From assembly GCA_021432655.1 (NCBI GenBank), contig MU271512.1, positions 1 to 51,428 of the forward strand: a DNA stretch of 51,428 nt, written 5' to 3'. The DNA is from Atractiella rhizophila. Its lineage: Eukaryota. The notes under the pieces are model-generated. The model saw only the letters and a program-made list of their open reading frames with translations. It did not search any database and was not told the origin of the DNA. The position numbers and the translations under genes are program-made. Shown here piece by piece: positions 35,144-50,800 of this stretch (positions are counted from its first letter, which is position 1; each line of letters begins with the position of its first letter).

Positions 35144-38100
35144 TTACCCCTCTTCTCCATCTCCATCGCCCCCAATCAACCATCCCACTCCTCTCTCAAA
35201 TCGATTGCCCAACACGCTTGAAAAACCAGTTCGATGTTGTTGTTGCTGGGAAGGATCAGGACTGTCCCTCCCTCCCCTTCCACCAAACAGACTAGCAACG
35301 CTTGCCTTCCGCTCTGTACTCTCGCTCCTTCTTTCTCCACCGCCGCCGCTGAAGAGACCGGCGATCGTCCGCCTGGTAGAGTCCGTGCGCGGTAATGAGG
35401 GAGGGTTCGGAGTCGGTGTGGAAGTGGCGGAACGGTTAAAGTTGAGCAGTCCGCCCAAATAAGATGCCTTCGCCTTTTCCTTTGCTGCCGCAATCGAAGA
35501 AGAGACGAGATCATCCATCTGGCCCACACCGGTCGACTCCCGCGCAGCGTTCTCTTCGTTTTCTTGCTCCTCTATTCGTCGCAACACCAACAAAACGTCG
35601 CTGATTGTTTCAGGCGGGCAGAGGAGAGCTGCATGTCCTATAAGCGTTTTTCGATTCTCGAGATCCGGATAATCCTCCATTTTAGCCAGTGCAAACACTC
35701 CTCGCCAAGCAACATCTCTTCCCTTATCTCCTCCGCTTCCTCCCCTGTTGGCCAGGGATATCATCTTTTCACAGCCTAGTTCTGCCACCGTCCAATCCGC
35801 CGCCTGAACCGCTCCTTCCACGCACATTGCGTACGTGCGGATTTCACCACCCTCATCCTCCGCTTGTTGTCCATCAGAGGCGGACGAGAGTTTTCGCAAC
35901 AGGTCAAACAAGACTTCGGGGTGTTTATACGCCGTTTTATTTGATGAAAGGAGGTGGGCCATAAGTGCAATCTTGTCGGTGGAAAGGCGGACTTGGATCG
36001 GTGAGAGTGAGGGATGAGATGCAGGGAAATAGCTGAAGAATTGAGAGGTCGCGTCTATGAATGATCGTTGGCGGGCTATGGTGGGCGAATCGGGAACTAT
36101 CGACAGACTGTGTCGCACCAGGGATTAGTTGGATGAAAGGATGTTGGAAAGGATGTTGGAGGGAAATGAGGAAACTCACCACTCTCGTGCCCATTTCATC
36201 ATACCCCTATTCGCGTTCCCCTCCGTTGAATTGTCGTAAAACTCTTTGCTCTGTTCTAGTACCAGCTTCTCCGCAGATTCAGGCTCCATAAGCCGCTCCA
36301 GGAGGAGTTTAGCGATTTTGAAGCCTGTGCACATGCTTAATCCCGAGAAAACAGCAAGAAGGCAGCGAAACGGCGCACTTCCATTCCCGATTACTGCCTT
36401 GCCAACTTCCCACCCCACAGTCTCTTCCTCCAAGCATCCTCCCTCCTTCCCCATCTCCCAAACCTCCTTCATTCCTTGCACAAACTCCTCCCACCCCCCC
36501 AGCTCCTCTTTTGTCTCCCCAACGAATTTAAGTCGACTTAGCACCAGTTTCCTGAGCCAAAGAACTTGACGATCCTTTTTACCAAAGGCGCGGAGGAACT
36601 CGAGGGGCTCAAAGGAAAGGTCGCAGAGGGTGGAGAAGGAGAGGGATGCGGAAAGATGGAGGTCGGCCAGATCGAGTAGAGGAGGGATATCTTCTTCCTT
36701 TAAGTCGTTGAAGGAGGCAGACAGGACCGCTGGGATAGAGCTAGCCACGCTGACATTATTCGTAGAAGGTAAAGCTGGTAAGCAGCCCATAATCCCTTCT
36801 GCAGCTCGAACAGCCGCCTCCCATTGCTCCTTCTCAATAACCTTCGCGTTCAGCTTTTCATACACCGCTACAAGTGCGAGACTACAAAGTTCTCGGTCAT
36901 CCGCCACTATCCTTTCCTCAACCGACAGGTCTGGACGAGAGAGCTGAAAGAAGCATTCTAGAATAGGGAGATGGAGGGTACGCATATAAGAGAGAAGAAG
37001 GGAATTGACCTCTTCGCTAGCTATTTGCTGGGAAGGAAGATTTCGGAGGAAATCGAGGTACGGAGAAACGAGTCGTAAGTAATCTCCTTTCAGAGATTCG
37101 GGATTGGAAGCGGTGCGAGAAAAGTATGCGGTTATGATTTGAAGCGGCGAGAGAGATCGCCATCGCTCCAATGTCCATTCTTCTTCTGCCTCCTCCTCCT
37201 CTTCTCCTTCCTCCACATCGTTTTGGGAGGAAGGAAGATTCCGTTCATACACCATCCTTGCCAAACAGACCAGCTCCTGACCTAGTGTCTCAAGTTCGTG
37301 AGAGGTGATCCCCACGAGAACGAGGTGATTGAACAGGTCCAAAAGAATAGATATCGGGCGGGAGGTGTGGAAGAGAGAGAGAAGATCAGAGGCAGTGGTG
37401 CCGCTGAGGAAAGGCGTGAATGTCGATAGAGGGAGGTGAGCTGGCACAAGAGGGATGAGATGCAGGGAAATAGCTGAAGAATTGAGAAGTCGCGTCTATG
37501 AATGATCGTTGGCGGGCTATGGTGGGCGAATCGGGAACTATCGACAAACTGTGTCGCACCAGGGATTAGTTGGATGAAAGGATGTCGGAGGGAAATGGGG
37601 AAGCTTACCACTCTCGTGCCCATTTCATCATACCCCTATTCGCGTTCCCCTCCGTTGAATTGTCGTAAAACTCTTTGCTCTGTTCTAGTACCAGCTTCTC
37701 CGCAGATCCAGGCTCCATGAGCCGCTCCAGGAGGAGTTTAGCGATTTTGAAGCCTGTGCACATGCTTAATCCCGAGAAAACAGCAAGAAGGTAGCGGAAC
37801 GGCGCACTTCCATTCCCGATTACTGCCTTGCCAACTTCCCACCCCACAGTCTCCTCCTCCAAGCATCCTCCCTCCTTCCCCGTCTCCCAAACCTCCTTCA
37901 TTCCTTGCACCACCTCCTCCCATCCCCCCAGCTCCTCTTTTGTCTCCCCAACGAATTTAAGTCGACTTAGGACCAGTTTCCTGAGCCAAAGAATTTGACG
38001 ATCCTTTTTACCAAAGGCGCGGAGGAACTCGAGGGGCTCGAAGGAAAGGTCGCAGAGGGTGGAGAAGGAGAGAGAGGCGGAAAGATGGAGGTCGGCCAGA

Positions 38101-39479
38101 TCGAGTAGGGGAGGAATATCTTCTTCCTGTAAGTCGTTGAAGGAGGCAGACAGGACCGTTGGGATTGAGCTAGCCACGCTGGTATTGTTCGTAGAAGGTA
38201 AAGCTGGTAAGCAGCCCATAATCCCTTCTGCAGCTCGAACAGCCGCCTCCCATTGCTCCTTCTCAATAATCTTCGCGTTCAGCTTTTCATACACCGCTAC
38301 AAGTGCGAGAGTACAAAGTTCTCGGTCATCTGTCACTATCCTTTCTTCAGCGGACAGGTCTGGACGAGAGAGCTGAAAGAAACATTCGAGAATAGGAAGA
38401 TGGAGGCCACGCATGTAAGAGAGGAGAAGGTAGTTGATCTCTTCGCTGTGTATTTTCTGTGAAGAAAGATTTCGGAGGAAATCGAGGTAGGGAGAAACGA
38501 GTCGTAAGTAATCTCCTTTCAGAGATTCGGGATTGGAAGCGGTGCGAGAAAAGTATGCGGTTATGATTTGAAGCGGCGAGAGAGATCGCCATCGCTCCAA
38601 TGTCCATTCTTCTTCTGCCTCCTCCTCCTCTTCTCCTTCCTCCACATCGTTTTGGGAGGAAGGAAGATTCCGTTCATACACCATCCTGGCCAAACAGACC
38701 AGCTCCTGACCCAGTGTCTCAAGTTCGTGAGAGGTGATCCCCACGAGAACGAGGTGATTGAACAGGTCCAAAAGAATAGATATCGGGCGGGAGGTGTGGA
38801 AGAGAGAGAGAAGATCAGAGGCAGTGGTGCCGCTGAGGAAAGGCGTGAATGTCGATAGAGGGAGGTGAGCTGGCACACAGATAATTATGGATAAAGCGTC
38901 CTGTCGTAATTCTTCGTGCCGTGTGAAGACTTGAAGCAGAGTAGCGATGTGGCCGGAAGAAGCTAACAGGATTGCAGTTTCCAGGAGAGGAGAAAGGAGG
39001 AATTGTCGGAGCGGTACAAAGGGTTCTGTCTTCTCCTCCACAATCTGTATCGTTGACTTCGAAACCTCCGCTCCGTGAGAACCTGAGTGAGAAGTTGATG
39101 CTTGAGAAGTTGAAGCCCATGGGTCCTCAATGTCCAACTCCAGCTCCTCTTCTTCCTCTGCAACACCGTCGAGGTCCATCGCATCCCCTTTGGAAACTGC
39201 AGACCGCTCGCCCACGACCTCTTTCCAAGTGACATACCTCTCCCACACGTCTCTTACAGCCACCTTCAATTCTAAGTCCTCTTCCTTGAGCGCTTCAGCG
39301 TGTTTCTTCGCCAACTCTATAACTTTCACCAGCATGTCTTCCGCCAACTCCTCGCTAGGTACGAGCGAAAGCAAAAACCTTGTGTACCACGCATCATCGA
39401 CGCTGTTGTGTGAGAATTCGTCGAGTGCCTTGACGGTAAGCGAAGAAATGGGAAGGTCGAGCAGCTCCTCTGGTGACAT
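35144..39479 (-). CDS. SEC39: Sec39 (Dsl1/NRZ tethering complex subunit, NBAS-like), interrupted by an internal tandem duplication
   Basis: Helical protein with AEKLVLEQSKEFYDNSTEGNANRGMMKWAREC|L, FIDATSQF, LSPIQVRL, K..LMAHLLSSN..AYK and LIGHAALLCPPETI, typical of fungal Sec39 C-terminal halves. ATG at 39479 (MSPEELLDLP). Confidence 0.8.
36009..38877. repeat. Tandem duplication inside SEC39: 36009-37448 and 37450-38877
   Basis: Two near-identical units of 1440 and 1428 bp. The difference is a 12-bp duplication (GGATGTTGGAAA) in an intron. One extra A lies at the junction (37449). Confidence 0.97.
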
Positions 39480-39624
39480 CGTGGTCGTTTCCAAAGTGAT
39501 CACCTGATTTCTGTCAACTTTTCCGTCCGACGCGCTGCAACGCGTCTCCAAACCACCACGAAACGCATTCTCTCTCTTCCACCTGGGAATCACCAAAACA
39601 TAATTGTCAGCATAATTGTATGCC

Positions 39625-42892
<3,268 letters not shown>

Positions 42893-43271
42893 TGTCTCTG
42901 TACCACCGTAAAATAAAACTACTTCTACGCAGAAAGATCACGTAGCTTTGCGGCATCAACACGAAATATAGTCGGCGAAGCATTTTGTGTCAGTTGAATG
43001 GCCAAAAAGCCTCGTCAGTTGAGACACGACAGGATAGAGCTGCCCACTGCCTGCACTGTGGATCTCGGTTGAGGCGAAAGAAACAACCCTATTGTTGCAC
43101 TTTATCCGACATTGCCCAAGTAAGTTGTTTCATTAGAGTCAAGAGAAAAGGAACGCTTAAACTTGTTGTAGGAAGCATTTTCGCTAACGGTCGCGACCCA
43201 AAGGTCATATTGGAAGGCTTAGAACAGGAGGCAGACAAAAAGTGGTTGGGGATCCGTACCACAACGCTGAG

Positions 43272-43545
43272 ATTGTGAACGACACTCGATCCTGTCGACT
43301 AAGACAGTGCGTGATGGGAGCCTGCTTCGTCGCTACATGGGCCGCTCGTGTGAGGCGCCCCATATACTCGCATCATCTTCTCAAACCAAACATGGTTCTC
43401 TGGCCTCGCCTCCTCTCCGCCTGATATTGGAGTCGAATTTGGTGGAAGCGAGGGAGCGGTGGCCCAAGCTGATTCTCTGCTTGCAGATTTGTGAGGCGGA
43501 TCTGATCGTGCTGGAGATGCGTTTTCGATGCAAGAATGTCGAATT
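43272..43545 (-). pseudogene. Decayed inverted fragment of the RSM10 gene (source about 12947-13233)
   Basis: The reverse complement contains AATTCGACATT, AAAACGCATCTCCAGCACGA, ACCAAATTCGACTCCA, CCAGAGAACCATGT, GAGAAGATGATGCGAG and GCGACGAAGCAGG in the same order as the RSM10 intron end and exon 2, with indels and a stop. Confidence 0.85.
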
Positions 43546-43656
43546 CTTTAACGTAGGCACGAAGGCACTGCCCTGATCAATTCCACAACAAATACACAAA
43601 GAGTGGTACAGACACGCATTTACATAGCAGGCAGGTTCAGTCAAAAGATGGAGAGA

Positions 43657-44118
43657 TCATGTGCCCTGTTCCTCAGGATCTTTGTAATCTTCATACTCTG
43701 TCTTTAAGGCCAAAAAAAATTCCTGTTAGCTTCTCTCTACAACCTGAAAGGGAGACAGCTCACCCAATCATAAACCACTCTTATTATTAGTGAGCAGCTA
43801 GGGCAAGTAGCTGTCTCATCTCCTTCAGCAAGTTGTTTCTAAGCGGAACAAATTGGTGAGTAACAAGCATAGAAGAATAGTAAGTAGAGCGAAACACACC
43901 TTTGTGATCTCGAACCGATCGCCACAGGGACATGGGTAATGAAACACCCCTTTCTTCTCATCCCACACCATGTCTGCATTACACTTCATGTTAGGCCATC
44001 ACTCTACGATCAAGTATTGGCAAAATGGTGCACCAACCTTCGATCTCGATTTCGTCGTCTGCCAAAGGCAATCAGGGTCGTCAATAGCGAAGAACAAAGT
44101 CTCACAATAACGCGGCAT
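43657..44118 (-). CDS. DPH3: Diphthamide biosynthesis protein 3 / Kti11 (CSL zinc finger)
   Basis: Not in the ORF track. Five short exons splice to [75 protein letters not shown]. Confidence 0.95.
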
Positions 44119-44425
44119 TTGCCCAACTGATACAAATAATGCACTTCTTCCTCACTCGTAACGCGGGATTGGCGAATATCGCACTTCGTCCTCAAAATTT
44201 TGCCACCCACCAACTGATGAGCGAGTCATGGATTCCAAAGGGTTGATCATGATCATGACCTCATCGCCAGACCCCTGCCAAACATCCAACTCACCCTCAT
44301 CAACAATCTGACAACTTCGACAGCTAACAAGCACACGTAAAGGCTTAGCAGCGGATCAACCACTTCCCTTGTTCACGACATCCCCAACCTTTGTAGAAGT
44401 TGAGTAAAGCTCACAACACGTACGA

Positions 44426-45342
44426 ATGGCACCTGCTTCCGAACCACCTATTACACTCAAACTTTTGCTCATAGGGGCGTCTTCTGTGAGCTCTTCACTT
44501 CTCATTGCATGAGGAACGCTGAGTTTGGGTCTTTGAAGGTCGGCAAATCCTCTCTGCTGTTGCGTTTCACGGACGATATGTTCCTGTCCAGTGATGAGAC
44601 AAGCGCTACTATTGGTTTGTTCCTCTTTTCTCGAAAGATTCCAAGGGGTTGAGCAGGTGTGTTGGGTGGTTTTTGTGTACCAACAGGAGTTGATTACAAG
44701 CACAAGATGATTACCAGGAATGGGAAGCGCTACAAGCTATCTATTTGGGTTTGTCTCCATCTGTTCCCACGGCATCTTCATTGTAGTTGATTGAAGCTGG
44801 TTCACACAGGATACAGCAGGCCAGGAGCGGTTTCGCACGCTTACCTCCTCCTATTACCGCGGTGCACACGGTGTCCTGATCGTTTACGACGTCACCTCTC
44901 GAGAAACATTCGATGCTCTTCCCAGCTGGTTCACAGAGCTCGATACCTTCACCTCCTCTCCTCTCATCGTGCGGATGATTGTAGGGAACAAGATCGACAA
45001 GCAATTTGGACGCGTCATCTCCACGGAGGAAGGTCTGAAGTTCGCACAAGGAAAGAACCCGCCGGTGCATTTCAGAGAGTGCTCTGCGAAGGGAGATGTT
45101 GGTGTCGAGGAGCTGTTTGAGGAGTTGGTAGACAAGGTGGGTCGGTTCTATCTTTTCCTCACGACTGCCTTTGTCGTTGCATTGGCGGCAAGTGTTGAGC
45201 ATATTGGCAGATCCTCGAGAACCCCGAACTCTATTCAGAAGGAGGAACGATGAAGAGGAGAGATTCAGCGAGGCCGCCTGGTAGCTATCCTCTCAGTCTA
45301 GAGGAAGGAAGCTGGGCGAATACTGTTGGGTGTAATTGTTGA
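44426..45342 (+). CDS. RAB18: Rab GTPase, Rab18 subfamily
   Basis: TLKLLLIGASS|VGKSSLLLRFTDD, ATIG|VDYK, KLSIW|DTAGQERFRTLTSSYYRGAHG, VGNKID, ECSAK and a C-terminal CNC* prenylation motif. Confidence 0.9.
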
Positions 45343-45963
45343 ATGTTCAACAGGACCAATTTGGTTTAGACCGTTTGCGGCTTTCCTGTAACAACATATG
45401 GATGTTTTGAGCAGTATCATACGGAGACACGTGTAGTGATTGTAATACATTTTGTGAATAGCTTCGTCTTAACCTATATTTGACTTGAACGAAAACAAAT
45501 AAATAAATTGTGCAAGATAAAATGACTCCACAGATTGTCATTATAAGGAAAGGTAGTGAACTTCAGTTCCTGATAATGACTAATAGCAGGTAGTAGTCGC
45601 TTTCAGTCTACGATTTATCATGCTTTAAACTCTTTATTCCTCTCTACACAAACAAGGTCCAACTTTGTCGCAGCGGCTTGGCAGTGGAGTCTTTCTATCC
45701 GAACTTAGCTAACATTGGGTGTTGGGTTGATTTGGTTTCGCTGTCTACAACTAGCACTCCTTGGTTGATCCATAGTCCTGAGAGTTGCAGTGCGACTTGC
45801 AAGATCATCACATCCGATCAACCGTTCATCAATCCGATTCAGGCTCTGAATACAATCCAATCCAATCTAGGTTCCTTGTCAAAAAGTGTAAAGTTCCTCC
45901 AACTTGGTGAGCGTAGTGCGGCTGTTAGAAAACTTGCTGATACTTGCTTGAGCTCCTCATCCA

Positions 45964-47058
45964 ATGGCTTCATATCCCAATCCTACCGCTTTCTCACTCG
46001 CAGTTGCTCTTGGCCTCGAGAACAGACCAGACAACAGCGAGATTATCTACATGTTGCCAATCCATTCACAGGTTACATCTGCTCTTCAGCACAGGTCGAT
46101 TGCTCAAGCATATCATGATAGCTCGGAATCTTGCAACACAACCAAAGGCTCATGCAGACCGTTCGTGCCGAATTCTGCGCGAAGTATCTTCCTCAGGTGG
46201 TGAAGACCTATACAGACGAGGAGAAGTTAGCATACTCCGAGATACTCGCGCTTCATAACACCCTTGTCGACTCGCCTTATTACTTTCGCCTCAGGAATAA
46301 TAGCGAGTCTCATACTTACGAGCGGGAAAAGCTTCGCGATCTGCCCAATATAATTGTATCCAGAATCATCGCACAAGATCCTCAGCTACAAGAAGAACAA
46401 GTCCAAGAGATTTGTCAAGCCCTTTGTAGCGCTCTCATGTATGCTTTGGATGAGGAAGGAGGATTTCTCCAAGCTCTAGGAGGAGAGGATAAAAATAAAA
46501 AGTTGCTCGAATACGTGAGGAAGTGGAGAACGACGTGCCATAAACCCTTTAGCGTCAAGATTCTTAATCGACTTGAGGGGATCTTGGAGGAGGACCAAGA
46601 GACGACCTCAGAGTGCAAAATGGTGCGAAAAATGTGGTACGATGGAAGCCACTGCGCATACAGTATGGCATGTACTGCTCTTCCCCACATCATATTTACT
46701 TGAATGTCAGGTCGATGCAAAAACGTCGAGGATCTCAAGCAATGCTCTCGGTGAGTCCAAATTGCGCACCAGTTGCGGTCATTGACTATCCGTTTACTCT
46801 TCTTAGCTGTAGAATTGTAGGTTCCTCTCCCTCTTATTCCTGGTGCTGCGTGATACTCATTGGCGCGTAGTCTCGGTATTGCGTACGATTCTTTCACGTT
46901 CCATTTGTATCTACTAACAAAAGTATCTTTCAGAGTATCGACCATCAAAAGGCAGATTGGAAAGACCATAAGGTTTGGAATTTTCATCCCACTTCAACCC
47001 TTGAGAGGATCTCTTATCACTGGCAACACAGCCGACGTGCTTCCCTGTCACGTATTAA
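45964..47058 (+). CDS. MYND-type zinc finger protein
   Basis: Helical N-terminal region (ORF 46131-46703), then micro-exons (46807-46816, 46871-46882) that assemble HCAYSRCKNVEDLKQCSRCRISRYCSIDHQKADWKDHKPTCFPVTY*, a MYND pattern. Confidence 0.8.
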
Positions 47059-47529
47059 TCCACGATCAAAACCAACCGCCCTCACTGTTCAGCAATGATG
47101 GTATGTCCGTTCGGGGTGGGTGATCCTTGCCAAAATTCTGTAAGAACAAATAAGTGTTCCTGTAACTCATTCGACATCTTGCGCACTAGCTAAAACGCCA
47201 AACAACACATTTTAAGCGCACATAAGGCCGAGAGAGGAGTGCATGTCTCCCGATCACTTCACAGGCTCTCGATTCACCTTAGATTTAGGAGTGAAGAACT
47301 CTTTGAATGGGCTGAGAGAACAGGGGGAAGTTGGAAAGGATCAGCCAAAACTTTGCCAAATCACATTGTGGAAAGAGTTGAAGTACCAATGATTCGAATG
47401 CACATTTTCTCCATCTTTCCTGTGCATATGTTGGTATCTCTCCAATAACTACGGCTTCCCACTGCAGTACTAAGCATCCCTTAACCTGAGGCATTCTATG
47501 TCCACGCATTCCAGTCCAATCGATTTCTG

Positions 47530-47647
47530 CTAACCCTAACTAATGGACTGCATTATTTTCTACGATCACGTGAGCGGTGATGTCATGATGTATAAAAACC
47601 ACCAACTCCCGCTGTCCCGCCATCCGACTTTGCTGCCCTTATAAATA
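47530..47647 (+). promoter_or_regulatory. Putative glycogen synthase promoter elements: telobox-like CTAACCCTAAC, E-box CACGTG, TATA boxes
   Basis: CTAACCCTAAC at 47530-47540, TCACGTGA at about 47566-47573, TATAAAA at 47591 and TATAAATA at 47640, all upstream of the ATG at 47723. Confidence 0.4.
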
Positions 47648-47722
47648 CGTCCAGCCTGCTTCAACGTCAACTACTGCCCTTGAATAGGTTTTTCACTCAA
47701 TCGCTGTTGCGCTGTTCGAAAT

Positions 47723-50484
47723 ATGAGTACCATAAAACGGGATGTCAAAAATCATCTTTTGTTTGAGGTACGGTTTCGCAGTCTTTTTTAGTGGTCTAAG
47801 TCTGATGATACGATATCAAAAAGATATGCTGGGAAGTAGTTAACAAAGTCGGAGGTTGCTATACCGTTATTAAAACGAAGGCTCCCGTCACCTGCCTGGA
47901 GTATGGGGAGCGATATACTCTCATTGGTCCTCTTTCATACAAGACAGCGCCGATGGAAGTCGAACCAATAACCCCTCCGGAGTCGTCTCCTCTAGGAGCC
48001 ACGCTTGCCGCCATGACCGCTCAAGGTGTCAAGTGGCTCTACGGAAGGTGGCTGATCGAGGGAGGACCCAACGTTTTGCTTTTCGACACTTCAAGCGTCG
48101 GTAACAAGCTCGATGACTGGAAAGGAGATCTTTGGAGAGTAGCTGGTATTCCTAGCCCGCCAAATGACCAGGAAACCAACGAGACCATCTTATTTGGGTA
48201 CTTGGTTGCGTGGTTCTTGGGAGAGGTACGTTTCTCCTACATCGAGAGTAAAACGGGCTTGTGTTTAGTGATTTCACAATTATGATAGTTTTCCGCCCAA
48301 GAGCGTTTCAAGGCCATCGTTGCTCACTTTCACGAGTGGCTGGCTGGTCTCGCCATCCCTCTTTGCCGAAAGCGACATATCGACATAACGACGATTTTTA
48401 CAACCCATGCTACTTTACTAGGCCGCTACCTCTGCGCGGGATCGGTAGATTTTTACAACAATTTACAGTATTTCGATGTTGACGGTGAAGCGGGTCGGAG
48501 GGGAATTTATCATCGGTTTGTGCTGCCTTATCCCACATCTTTCCTTTTAGCCGGAAAGTTTCGGGGGACGCTGATTGGGGGTGGGGTTGTGCATCAACAG
48601 GTATTGCATTGAGCGAGCGGCTGCTCATTGTGCTGATGTCTTCACTACTGTTTCTCACATTACGGCCTACGAGAGTGAGCACCTGTTGAAACGTAAACCA
48701 GGTAAACTTTCGTTCCTTCTTTCCATTGAAATCGTCTTAACATCAACTGCGCGCAGATGGCGTCCTCCCTAACGGATTGAATGTCAAAAAGTTCCAGGCT
48801 ATGCATGAGTTTCAAAACGTATATTGTTTCCCCCCGTCATTCAGGCATTCTTGCTGACTTCTTGCCGCAGCTGCATGCTCAAGCGAAGGCGAAGATCAAT
48901 GATTTCGTTCGCGGTCATTTCTATGGTGCGCTCCAAGTCCCGTCACCTGACAACTCACTCATCCTTCCCAGGCCATTACGATTTCGATCTGGACAATACC
49001 CTCTACTGCTTCACTGCCGGAAGGTACGAGTATAGGAATAAAGGTGTCGATATGTATATCGAGTCTCTTGCCCGCACGTTTCTTTCCATCCCCACAGGTC
49101 AATTCTCACAGTGTAACATAGGTCTGAATGGTCGACTCCAAGCGGCTGGGTCCAAGACAACCGTCGTAGCTTTCATCATCATGCCTGCTGCCCACAACTC
49201 GTACACTATTGAATCCCTGAAAGGGCAGGCGGTTACGAAGCAATTGCAAGATACCTGCAAGGAGATTACGGATCGAATTGGTCACAGATTATTTGAGAGG
49301 ACGGCACGCTACACTGGGTGAGTATCTCCCCTTTCGTATCACTTTGCTGATCGTATATGGTTGTTGGAAAGACAACCGGGAACAGAAGTGCCCGATGCGT
49401 CCGAACTGTGGACTGAGCAGGACAAGATGCACCTCAAACGTCGTGTCTTTGCTCTCAAGCGCAACTCCCTCGCTCCTGTGGTAACCCACAACATGGCGGA
49501 CGATGCAAACGACCCGATCCTCAATCAAATTAGACGAGTCCAGCTTTTCAATCGTAGCAATGACCGCGTCAAGATCATTTTCCACCCCGAGTTCCTGAGC
49601 TCGAATAATCCTATTCTCGGTCTCGACTATGAAGAATTCGTGAGAGGATGCCATTTGGGCGTCTTCCCTAGTTATTACGAGCCTTGGGGATATACTCCGG
49701 CGGAATGTACTGTGATGGGTGTCCCAAGCATAACGACGAACTTGTCAGGTGCGTTTCTCTCATCGTTCTTGTCATCGTCATTCATTGAGCGAATAGGGTT
49801 CGGCTGTTACATGGAGGAGCTCATCGACAATGCTGAGGATTACGGAATCTACATTGTTGATCGTCGGCAAAAATCCGTTGAAGAATCCGTTAACCAACTT
49901 ACCGATCAGTTGTTCACGTTTTCTCAGAAGACTCGCAGGCAAAGGATTAACCAAAGAAACCGAACGGAGAGGCTCTCAGAGCTTCTTGACTGGAAGAAGA
50001 TGGGGCTTGAATATGCCAAAGCTCGTCAGCTCGCTTTGAGGAGGGGATACCCTAGTAGTTTCGACGATGAGAGCGAAGGCTTCTGGGATCTCGTCGGCGA
50101 GAATGGGGAGAAATTGCCGCCTCCTCTTTCCGTGCCTGGGTCACCCCGATGGGCTAGCGGATTGATGACGCCGGGTGATTTGGGAACGTGAGTCTTGTCC
50201 CCCTCCCTCACTTTAGCGAACGTGAAGTTAATCTGCTTGTTAATAGTTTGACGGAAGAAATGGCTTCTCTGAACACATCCGACTACCGCGGTGTTCGTGC
50301 TTGGGAGTCCATGCATAAAAAGGATGAAGACGAAGAAGAATACCCCTTCCCCTTGGTACTGAAGAGGAAGTCTCGTGGACCTTCTGGGACTTCCACCCCT
50401 GGTATGACGAACGGTGACGCTTCCAAACCGATCGATTTCGATATTGCGACGCAGAAATTGGAGGAGATCAACGGAGCCAAGTAA
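47723..50484 (+). CDS. GSY: Glycogen [starch] synthase (GT3)
   Basis: [104 protein letters not shown] and C-terminal SVPGSP...MTPGDLG phospho-sites. Confidence 0.97.
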
Positions 50485-50800
50485 GATGTCCGTACTATTA
50501 AAAGAAGGACGATGTGTAGCTTTTTCATTCATCTGTGACCGGAGTTGAGGAGGTGCATTTTGGAATTGGGTTCTTAATCGTTTGAACTCACCAATCCCTT
50601 TCTTGTCAATAAAGTTTCGTCGTCTCTACAACTGCCTCATACCCAAACTCATTTCATCCGACTGTCAACGGGAGCGAAGATTCTCTCTGACCCCCTTCCC
50701 CCCCTTTTTTATCATTTCATCCTAGACAAACGGTTCAGAGTTATGTTTCGTGATTCCAGACTCTTTCAATAACAAAAGTTCATGATATTTAAGAACCTAT

